A DNA stretch of 64,000 nt from Leptogorgia sarmentosa (lineage: Eukaryota): assembly GCA_964658305.1 (NCBI GenBank), contig OZ210885.1, positions 11,904,001 to 11,968,000 on the forward strand, written 5' to 3'. Shown here in pieces: positions 36,780-47,076 of the stretch (position 1 is its first letter; each line of letters opens with the position of its first letter). Below the pieces are notes generated by a model, which saw only the letters and a list, made by a program, of their open reading frames with translations, made no database searches and had not been told where the DNA came from. The translations under genes and the position numbers were made by a program.

Positions 36780-39121
36780 CACTGAGCTATACTTAATATA
36801 TCTGGAGATCGGGTCGTAATACAACGCCGTACAAAATAGTGTCGCCAAAAACATGGCGGATTTTAGCCAAATTTACGTCATTATGACGTAGTAAGTCCCC
36901 TATTTCAGGGGACTAACCACTGACCAAATAACATTGCCGAAAGTGAGCAGTTTTCTCACCCCCCCTGTCTCGAAATAAAATATTAAAATCCAGCTAACAT
37001 GATAACATCACGTCAAAGTTTTAAATTCAAAACAATATTTCGTTGAATTTTGTTGATTATCAACATGCCGCGTTTTTGCTATGTTTACGGATGTCACAAC
37101 TCCTTTGACAACAAAGAACTGTTGTCACACTGGTAAGGAAATTTTATTTTATGCTTATACATCGTTCGAGAGGTCGTATGTATGCTTAAATTTATTTACA
37201 ACAGTCTCTTAAGGCCAGTTTACAATATCAAAGTTTCTGCCATCACAGTAGGAATCTTGCATGGGTGAAACTTGAGGTTATTTTCACCAGATTTTTACAA
37301 TTACACTGTTCGTGAAACATGTACAGTACATTTATTGTTGATTAATATTAAACAAGAATGCTATGCTGGTCATGTGGCAAGTAAGACCATACAATCTTTA
37401 TCTTGGCCAATTTGTTCCATAACCTCCTTGGCTTCCCTGCATTCTGAATGCTCCCAGTTTGTGCTAAAAGGAATGATCTCTTCCATGCTGTCTAGAAATA
37501 GGGATGAAACTGTAGTTCGTATTCATTGCTCTTGTCATGGTCAAGTTGTTGAAGACATGGATGGCCACCTTAAATGTGCCCAATGTCAAACCAAAGGAAT
37601 GGTGGAAATGACTGGTAATAATGACACATTGAAGATAGGCATACTTGGAGTGTTACTGTGGAGTTTTATATTTATATCTTTCTGTGATACAATGGAATTT
37701 AACTGATTGATTGTCTTGTTTGTTCATAGTTGTTCAAACTTGATGGGTTCTGGTGATGGCAGTACAATCTTTGCATAACTATTATGCCCCCAAAAAGATG
37801 GGAGGAAGCAAGGTTCAGTGCACCACTGGCATGGGTGCCATGACATTGTTTTTAATAATAACTAAGTTTTAATAATGATTTCTTCAATAATAATATTGTT
37901 TTAAATAACTAATTAATATAATTAATTCATTTGTTAATAGTTGTTGTACATAGTTTTTAATAATTTGTTCTCCAATGTTCAGTAGCTGAAATAATAAATA
38001 AGGAAATAATAAATAAGTAAGTTAAAATTTAATCTGATTACTAATGTATTAATATATTTATTTTGTCTCAATCAATTCTATGCATATCTAATTCTCTTGA
38101 ATGCAAATTGATAAGTGCAATCACATTTGCCACATAACTGGACCATTTCACATTGTTTTTGAAGTTGAAAGCATCAAATTAAATTAGAAAGTGAACACAA
38201 TTCGATAAGTATTTATTTCTTAGTTGTGCTGGCTAATCAAAGTCAATATGCCAGCAAAATTAGGTGCTGAGCAAATGGGGATTGACATCCATAGAATTGG
38301 TTGAGGAACTTGTTTACTCATACTTGTGTTGTATGTGTTTTAAAATAAAAAAATAAATTTGTTGTGATTTGAATGTGAATATATTATTGTATATCCTGAA
38401 ATATTATATCATTATCTTGGAAATTTTCTGATAAAATATTATTCTTCAATGCAAATAAAAATGAGATATGAATTGCATAAAATGCAGATATCAAACATTC
38501 TAGATCAAGCATCTAAAAGGCAATTGTTCCTTGAATGTTCAATCAAATAGTGGCATTACCTTTTTCAAGCAAGACCATTATAAATATATACACTTCACTT
38601 CATATTGACATGCTGCACTTATTTTTCAATAATTTCATCGATAGAATATACCTGAAATTGCAATACATACATATACAAAACTTAGTGGTGATATCAGTGG
38701 TTATTACAATGAAACAACAACTTCGTCTTTAAACAACGTCTTATAGCTCAGTGGTGGCCGTCAGACAAGCAGTAAGCTCCATTCCTGTCCTCTTTAATCA
38801 ATCGCGTTCGGTATTTATATTTTATAGGCGCGTACATCAACAAATACAACAATATATTTTTGAGATGTAAGAGAATTTTAATACTTTATCTCAATTCTTT
38901 GAAAAAATATCAAAACAACACTGCAGTATACGTATATTTATATAGTAACAAACAGTAAAATCCAGGGGGGGGGGTTGGAAACGGCGCCTGCACACACTTC
39001 AACTGTGGTCAGTAATTACCATCATGAGAATAGGGGACGTGTGACGTAAAATCCGCCATGTTTTTGGCGACACTTCAAAGTGGAGAGCCCGATCTCCAGA
39101 TATATTAAGTATAGCTCAGTG
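36780..39121. mobile_element. 2.3-kb non-autonomous DNA transposon with CACTG...CAGTG ends
   Basis: 34-bp TIR CACTGAGCTATACTTAATATATCTGGAGATCGGG plus a subterminal inverted block AGTGTCGCCAAAAACATGGCGGATTTTA. THAP-like start MPRFCYVYGCHNS at 37065. Confidence 0.8.
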
Positions 39122-39270
39122 AACCTAACCATCAACGGCAATCGATTGCATATTCAAATCCAATCACACCCTACCCATATCCTAATCTTGACTCCAACTG
39201 ACTCATTCACAAATACGGGACAAACCTTGAAGCCAAATCCAATCCAAATTTCCCCCCATGATCCTTGGAC

Positions 39271-40230
39271 CATTGAACTAAAAATACCTGGAACGCTAAC
39301 TCCTATGATTTTCCCTATGATTGGCTGAAGCCGGCGCGCAAGAAAATTAACATTCAAAAGGACTGGGGAGAGTTCGAAGGAGCGAAAATTTTTTCACCCG
39401 GCTTGTTTTTGAGCAAAAATTGGCAAGAAATACACGGTTTTTAATAGAAAAACATCAATGTTTTGGGCTAACACAAGGTTGCCTGTTTAGATCCAACTGT
39501 TTTACGTCCATCTGCGGCAAAAAGTGAGGATTTTTATTTATATATTTCAAAAAAATGACAAATGTTTTGATGTGTCAAAAAAATTTGCTCTTCAACCGAC
39601 AAAAATATATATTATGAAACGTTTAAACAGTCCCAAACCTATTTTACAATAAACGCCAGGTATCCTTCTTGATTTTAAACGTTTTATTGCCGCTTTATAA
39701 CATTTAAAACATGAATAAATCGACGTTTTTCGAATGGTGTTATTTTCGGCTTCGCACGCAATTTGAGTACTTTGAATAAACATTGTTTTGGTCAATTTTT
39801 AAATGCATTTTTTTCGACTGTCAAACCTTCAATCTTCACGAAATTTCGCACACAGATGTATTTTACATAGGGTTAAATAATTCCTGAGGTTTGACGTCTT
39901 AGTTTCACCTCAGACTTTCAATAACTCAGAAAAAGTAACCAAAAACGCGCGGTTTTTTGGCTCGTTCATGTCAACAATGGATTTTTTTCTTATTTTTTTG
40001 CCAATTTGCGATTAGTTTATTTTGCGAATATAAAATTTAATTATCATGCTACTAATTTAAGTTAATTTTAGTGGCTAACTACTATTTAGGGGCAGGATTT
40101 ATGTGATTGAAAATGTGCTCATTTTACTACAAAAATTTAAAAAAGGACTGGGTCTACCTACAAAAACAGCTTCAAACACGGCTTCAACTTCCCCCCCTGA
40201 CTTAGCGTTCCAGGTATTTTTAGTTCAATG
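39271..40230. mobile_element. 960-bp MITE (P- or hAT-like) inserted in the first partial retroelement copy
   Basis: Perfect 29-bp TIR CATTGAACTAAAAATACCTGGAACGCTAA and an 8-bp TSD CCTTGGAC (39263-39270, 40231-40238). The site is empty in the later copies (46942-46949). Confidence 0.92.
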
Positions 40231-40365
40231 CCTTGGACCAACATCATGTCTGCTTCCACTTCCCCAACTCCACCTTCCCTCTCCTCTTTTCCCTCCACAT
40301 CTTATCCCAACAGGAAGCACCAGTCTTTACAAAATACAACTAGTCCCAACTACCGAAAACAAAGT

Positions 40366-41952
40366 CTAACCCCAACCCTAACCACTTCAAACCTTAATCC
40401 TTATGTACACCTTTGACCTAAACCCAACCCAATCCTTAACCTGACCATGACCACTTCAATCCCTAATCCTTATGTACAACTTTGACCTAAACCCCACCCA
40501 ATCCTTAACCTGACCATAACCACTTCAATCCCTAATCCTTATGTACACCTTTGACCTAAACCCAATCCTTAACCTGACCCTAACCAATCAAACCCTAATC
40601 CTTAAATACACCCTTGATCTAAACCCAACCCAATCCTTAACCTGACCCTAACCACTTCAAACCCTAATCCTTATCTACATATTTGACCTAAACCCAACCC
40701 AACCCTTAACCTGACCCTAACCACTTCAAACCCTAATCCTTATCTACATCCTTGACCTCAACCCCACCGAATCCTTAACCTGACCCTAACCACTTCAATC
40801 CTTATGTACACCTTTGACCTAAACCCAACCCAATCCTCAACCTGACCCTAACCACTTCAATCCCTAATCCTTGAATACACCACTTCAATCCCTAATCCTT
40901 AAATACACCCTTGATCTAAACCCCACCCAATCCTTAATGTGACCCTAACCACTTCAAACCCTAATCCTTATCTACCTATTTGACCTAAACCCAACCCAAC
41001 CCTTAACCTAACCCTAACCACTTCAATCCCTAATCCTTAAATACACCCTTGACTTAAACCCCACCGAATCCTTAACCTGACCCCAACCACTTCAACCCTT
41101 ATGTACACCTTTGATCTAAACCCAACCCAATCCTCAACCTGACCCTAACCACTTCAAGCCCTAATCCTTAAATACACCACTTCAATCCCTAATCCTTAAA
41201 TACACCCTTGATCTAAACCCCACCCAATCCTTAATGTGACCCTAACCACTTCAATCCCTAATCCTTAAATACACCACTTCAATCCCTAATCCTTAAATAC
41301 ACCTTTGACCTAAACCCCACCCAATCCTTAACCTGACCCTAACCACTTCAATCCCTAATCCTAAAATACACCCTTGACCTAAACCCCACCCAATCCTTAA
41401 CCTGACCCCAACCACTTCAAACCCTAATCCTTAAATACACCCTTGACCTAAACCCCACCGAATCCTTAACCTGACCCTAACCACTTGAATCCTTATGTAC
41501 ACCTTTGACCTAAACCCAACCCAATCCTTAACCTGACCCTAACCACTTCAAACGCTAATCCTTATGTACACCCTTGACCTAAACCCAACCCAATCCTTAA
41601 CCTGATCCTAACCACTTGAATCCTTATGTACACCTTTGACCTAAACCCAACCCAATCCTTAACCTGACCCTAACCACTTCAATCCCTAATCCTTATGTAC
41701 ACCCTTGACCTAAACCCAACCCAATCCTTAACCTGACCCTAACCACTTCAATCCCTAATCCAAAAATACACCCTTGACCTAAACCCCACCCAATCCTTAA
41801 CCTGACCCCAACCACTTCAAACCCTAATCCTTAAATACACCCTTGACCTAAACCCACCCAATCCTTAACCTGACCCTAGCCACTTCAATCCATAATCCTT
41901 AGGTACACCTTCGAGCTAAACCCAACCCAACCCTTTACCTGACCCCAACCAA
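40366..41952 (+). repeat. Telomere-like ~69-bp satellite, block 1
   Basis: Approximate consensus AACCACTTCAATCCCTAATCCTTATGTACACCTTTGACCTAAACCCAACCCAATCCTTAACCTGACCCT, made of CCCTAA variants. Confidence 0.95.
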
Positions 41953-42001
41953 TTCTGGCATGGAAGTCAACCCCAGGCTCTTAGAACCTATTCCCCGGCA
42001 C

Positions 42002-42065
42002 GTCTCCCATGGCAACGTTTACGAACTTGGATACGTCTCCATGGCAACGTCCCCGGTTTTTATAA
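42002..42065 (+). promoter_or_regulatory. Paired RFX X-box-like motifs followed by a TATA-like motif (repeated at +7352 and +14704)
   Basis: GTCTCCCATGGCAAC (42002-42016) and GTCTCCATGGCAAC (42035-42048) fit the GTNNCC-N(0-3)-RGYAAC X-box pattern; TTTTATAA follows. Confidence 0.55.
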
Positions 42066-42957
42066 TTCTCTTCGTCAAAAAAATTTTGTACGCAGAGTAC
42101 AGTCATTGACTGCCTTCGTAAGTTATCCATTTCTCACCTTAATATGTAATCCATGCCATTCCACTTCACCCAAACGCATTCACAAAAACTCACTCACCAT
42201 CTCCAACGGAATTTACTCATCTTCACAACTCGCAAAGACGAAAAAGTGAACCTGTTTTTTCGCGCCATTCAAAATTCAGTGTGAAACAAAACTTACATGC
42301 GAGCACGTCGTTCCAAGACCTGCTAGCAGGTTAGAAACGTGCTTTCCCAGTTATGCTTGGAGCCTGATGAAAACATAACTAATAGTTTTAAACGTAAAAC
42401 TAACAGGGACTAGGCCTGAGTGGCTCTACATTGGCAATCACTCTGGCCTTGGCATTCACACACAACACAAATGCACCCGGGTTTTGCCTACCTCATCCAG
42501 CAACCTCAACCACTACAACATCATGTCATTACTGATCATTCACTCATCTAATTTAATATTAATTCACTAACACTTCGTTCATCTAATCAAATCTCTTTTG
42601 GTTACAATATGATATGTTATAATATAATTACAAATCATTTGTGTCACCCAAAATCACTCCCTTAACAAAGGAACAGCCATTCAAACGTTTGTCCAGGATC
42701 CGAATACCTGTATCTAGACCCATTTTCTATTTCAAGCCGCCATAGACATGTTTATACACCCACAGGGAAAGGATAAGCATCATGAGATCTCCTGGTACAA
42801 AACAAATGGCTCTTTGGGTCACCAGTCATATCACATCTGTAAAACAAACAAAATAACACAGATTAATTATCATCACACCATTCACACCCTTCATTCATAT
42901 TTATCAAGCCTATAAAGCTTAAGCAACACTTTAGCTATTTTAACGCCATCCCAAGAC

Positions 42958-44052
42958 ATGGAGTCTGAAAGAGACATTTCAATGGAGGTAGACCAGACCT
43001 ACATAGGAGATCGAACCCTGGCCGCTCTGATTCCACCTATGAGCGACCAGGAGTTTGATCGACTCATCTCCAAGGAACCCATAGAGGAAGTACCTAGCCC
43101 CCCAGCGTCCGACACCCAACCCCAACCTTCCTCTCCCTTAACCCCCTTCACCTTAAACCTCCCCCCCAGTCCCCCCACACCCCAGCTAACCACCACCACC
43201 GATACCCACCCCCACACAAGCACATCCAACACTGACCCTACCCACCTAATACCTCAAACCACCACAGCACCTCCACCCACCACCACATCCACCTCCAACA
43301 CCACCCAAACCCACACAACACCCCAACCCACCATCACATCCACCCATTCCACACCACCAACCACCTCCACCACATCCACATCAACCATTCACTCCACCAC
43401 AACCACGTTCAACCAACTGGTTGAACTCCACCGAACCAAAACCCACCACACCCGACAAATCACCATCCTCAACAAGCATCTCCAAAATCACACAGCACCC
43501 AAAGGTCTCACCATCGACATGCAGCCCTGGGTCCAATTGTCTCAAACGCACAAGGAGGCGTGGGACGATGGCCTCAGGAACTGCATGTCCCATCTAACCA
43601 ACATCCTCCATCAACACCACACCCAACAACTGGAGAATGTAGAGCAACGCATCTCTACACTCTCCTCATCCATCGACAAGCACGTCCCAAAGGAAGTGTC
43701 CTCAACCATCCTCGACATCGCCACCCGCAAACCACCAAAACGCAAACCAAAACCACCATCCCACCAACCACGTAAACGCTTCAAACCACCCGCTACCACA
43801 ACGGATTTTCGGAAATGGCCACCACGTCCTCCACATCGCCACAACCCATCACCACCTCACCGTCACCGCCAACCATCAAACCAACCCCACCTACCACCAC
43901 CAACCACAAACCAACACCCGCCACCACGAACCACACCACAACACCTGACACCGGTGCCGAACGTGACACCGGAGTCAATCCGCCAACGCCTGGTGGGGAA
44001 GCAAAAACAGTTCTCCACCATCTTCAACATGTTCATGAAAGGAGGGCAATAA
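42958..44052 (+). CDS. PLE ORF1: Pro/Thr-rich region, Penelope/Neptune-type N-terminal helical domain, basic NLS-like patch
   Basis: 364 aa. APKGLTI..QP.....W...LRNCMSHLTNIL resembles the P(R/K)GL.I..P...W...L..C...L segment that precedes the RT in PLEs (recognised from memory). TATAAAG at 42911. Confidence 0.75.
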   Translation: MESERDISMEVDQTYIGDRTLAALIPPMSDQEFDRLISKEPIEEVPSPPASDTQPQPSSPLTPFTLNLPPSPPTPQLTTTTDTHPHTSTSNTDPTHLIPQTTTAPPPTTTSTSNTTQTHTTPQPTITSTHSTPPTTSTTSTSTIHSTTTTFNQLVELHRTKTHHTRQITILNKHLQNHTAPKGLTIDMQPWVQLSQTHKEAWDDGLRNCMSHLTNILHQHHTQQLENVEQRISTLSSSIDKHVPKEVSSTILDIATRKPPKRKPKPPSHQPRKRFKPPATTTDFRKWPPRPPHRHNPSPPHRHRQPSNQPHLPPPTTNQHPPPRTTPQHLTPVPNVTPESIRQRLVGKQKQFSTIFNMFMKGGQ

Positions 44053-45903
44053 AGTCCTTCTTTCATGAACACGCCCGAAGGAAAGCCAGCGTTAAAAATC
44101 ACGATAAAAAACACTATCGACAACAAATTGTGAATCACACCAACAATAACCTCAATGTCAACCTCACCCATCATAAATTAGAAGCACCACTCCAATCCAT
44201 GCTCTCCAAGGGCCTCAGATTCGTACCAACACCAGGCAATACTCGTCTGAAAACCATTGTTAATTCATTCAAACAATTCAGACGTTCCATGTACATACAT
44301 TACCATTTCAGGAACTCATCCAATGACCATCCAAATCCATTTAAAACCACTAGCACGTGGGAACCACCTCTGCCAGACAATCCAAATCTAATTTCATACA
44401 TTTGTTCTGTTGCAGAATCCATCAATCAGACCTTCAAACATAACCATCAAGACCACATCATCTCCAATCTAAACCAAGAGGAAATTAATCTTCTCAACAC
44501 ATATAATATTCATAATCAAAAATATGTCATTAAACCAGCAGACAAAGGAGGTGCCATTGTCATATGGTCCTCAGTCGACTATGAGAAAGAAGCACTCTCT
44601 CAACTTAATGACAACAAATACTATGAATATATACCAACCACACCCACTACAGTCATCTCCAAACAAACCCACAAAATCACTCAGTATGTCAGAAATCTCT
44701 ACAAATGTGGAGACATTGACTACAAAACACTACAACATCTGCTACCACCTTCACCACCACGTACACCAATATTTTACCTCCTACCCAAAATTCACAAACC
44801 TGGAAATCCAGGAAGACCAATCATATCAGGGTGTGATTCACCAACGGACAGGCTTTCCTCATTCATCGATATCCACATCAAACCATTTTGTGCTTCATTA
44901 CCATCCTACATCAAAGACACAAATCATTTTTTACAAACCATTTTCAACCTTGACACACCATTACCACCCAACACCATCCTTGCCACCATTGATGTCAAGT
45001 CCTTATACACCAACGTCCCTCACAACGAAGGGATCCAAGCTGTCCTGGAAACACTGGACACAAAACATGGACGTATGTGGCCACTCCGTAATGTCATACA
45101 CCAATTCCTTGAATACATACTCAAGGAAAACTATTTCACATTCAAGGATAAACTGTACCTCCAAAAACATGGCACAGCGATGGGCACCAAAATGGCTCCC
45201 TCCTTTGCCAACATATTCATGGGGGCACTTGAACAATCCATACTTTCATCGACACCAAACCAACTTGTTCCTCTCCTGTGGAAGAGATTCATAGATGATA
45301 TATTTCTAGTTTGGACACATGGTGAGGAATCATTCAATTCATTCATTCAACATCTCAATTCATTTCACTCCACCATAAAATTCGAAGTCACACACTCCAC
45401 CGAGAGTGTAAATCTACATCACACCACAACACACACTCCAAACCACCCTCTATATCAAACCAACCGACCGTATGCCACTTCTACATAACACTTCACACCA
45501 TCCGGACACCTGTAAAAAAAGCTTAATATACAGTCAAATGCTGCGATACAGGAGGATAATCACTGACGACAATGAGTTTCAACGAAAAGCTCAAAACTTG
45601 AGAGTAGCACTCATTGGAAGAGGTTACAAAAACAAAGATATCCTACCTCACATTGACAGGGCATCCACATACACACAATCACAATTACTTTCCAGCAGCT
45701 CATCCACAGACCATGCACGCACCATACCATTTGTCATACCATATCATCCAGAATTATCACCATTGCCTCACATCCTCAAACAACACTGGCAATACATTGA
45801 AAATGATCCTGTCTTATCACAGATATGGCCAAACCAACCGGTTATGGCTTATCAAAGACACAAGAACCTCAAAGAACACTTTGTCCGCACCAAATTCACC
45901 TAA
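43815..45903 (+). pseudogene. Penelope-like reverse transcriptase plus thumb, frameshifted at ~45412, no GIY-YIG
   Basis: LSKGLRFVPTP, KPADKGG, FYLLPKIHK, GRPIISG, IDVKSLYTN, GTAMGTKMAPSFANIFM, WKRFIDDIF. The thumb (TTLYIKPTD...SHHP...LRYRRI) continues in another frame and stops at KNLKEHFVRTKFT*. Confidence 0.9.
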
Positions 45904-47076
45904 CACACACACCACATACCACAGCGAAAGATATGACCCCATACCACACCACCACAAGCCACCAACACCGAACACCACCAGCGTGCAGACACCGAACAAA
46001 GATTCAAAATACCCAGAAGCCGTCACAACTCCAGCTTATGACAGATACTTACCAAAACATACTATGAAACCCAGATATCGGGCGGCAGGAACACCTCCAC
46101 ACAAACAACCCTAAGGCTGAAGACACATTCATTAAACAATATCATGGATTTGATAAAGACCCTCAGACCTCCTATTAACAACTCCATGGCCAAAACCATC
46201 CTTGCAACATCAACATGGACACCGTATATAAACTCATTAATGCATACATAATGGAACTTATATTCCACAGGCCCTCACACTGTATATGGCCTGTCGGGTT
46301 TCACCTGACTACCAGTCACCTCCTTTGTTTATGCTCAGTCGTGGCATGAACCCAGCGATCAGTAAATATATAATACTCTCAGGTCTATATCGACCCAATG
46401 TAACAGAAAAACATAATAGACTAAACAAACAACTACTAGATCAATATAATAAAACAACAAATGATTCTCACCCTTTGTTGAACATCACTCAAAATCACTT
46501 CCATCCAACAACCTCACATTCATCCACACACCACAAAATCGATCGATTCATCATCACACCAATTCAATATTCTCATCGCCACATCGTATTAATTAGAATT
46601 CCAACACTCCATCACATGTCGCAAAAAATCATCACACAATTATCCACCGCCATCCATCATCACCATCACTATCCACCAGGTTATATACGTTAATCCATCG
46701 CCATCCTCCATCATCACATCAGCCTCCACTTACCTAACCCTCTTTCCTCTTCTCCCAACATATCGAGACGTTCCAAGTGGAAACACCACACGACAAAACG
46801 GAACCTAACCATCAACGGCAATCGATTGCATATTCAAATCCAATCACACCCTACCCATATCCTAATCTTGACTCCAACCGACTCATTCACAAATACGGGA
46901 CAAACCTTGAAGCCAAATCCAATCCAAATTTTCCCCATGATCCTTGGACCAACATCATGTCTGCTTCCACTTCCCCAACTCCACCTTCCCTCTCCTCTTT
47001 TCCCTCCACATCTTATCCCAACAGGAAGCACCAGTCTTTACAAAATACAACTAGTCCCAACTACCGAAAACAAAGT

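Noticed and set aside
42999..45346. Minus-strand Gly/Val/Trp-rich ORFs over ORF1 and RT
   Set aside because: Shadow ORFs caused by strand compositional bias.
45563..45600. CTGACGA...GAAA as a hammerhead ribozyme
   Set aside because: No stem II pairing between the core motifs, and it lies within thumb-coding sequence.
43815..45903. RT as telomerase (TERT), retron or group II intron RT
   Set aside because: Motifs KPADKG, PKIHK and GTAMG..MAP..ANIFM are Penelope-type; no TERT T/CP motifs or bacterial RT signatures are visible.
46733..46741. CCTAACCCT as a telomerase-RNA-like template
   Set aside because: Too short to be meaningful in such an A/C-rich, telomere-like context; no supporting pseudoknot seen.
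45904..47076. Short ORFs after the RT (45614, 45825, 46286, 46777) as a nuclease or third gene
   Set aside because: No GIY-YIG, CCHH or other recognisable motif. The His/Thr/Pro-rich translations are expected from A/C-biased DNA that is poor in stop codons.
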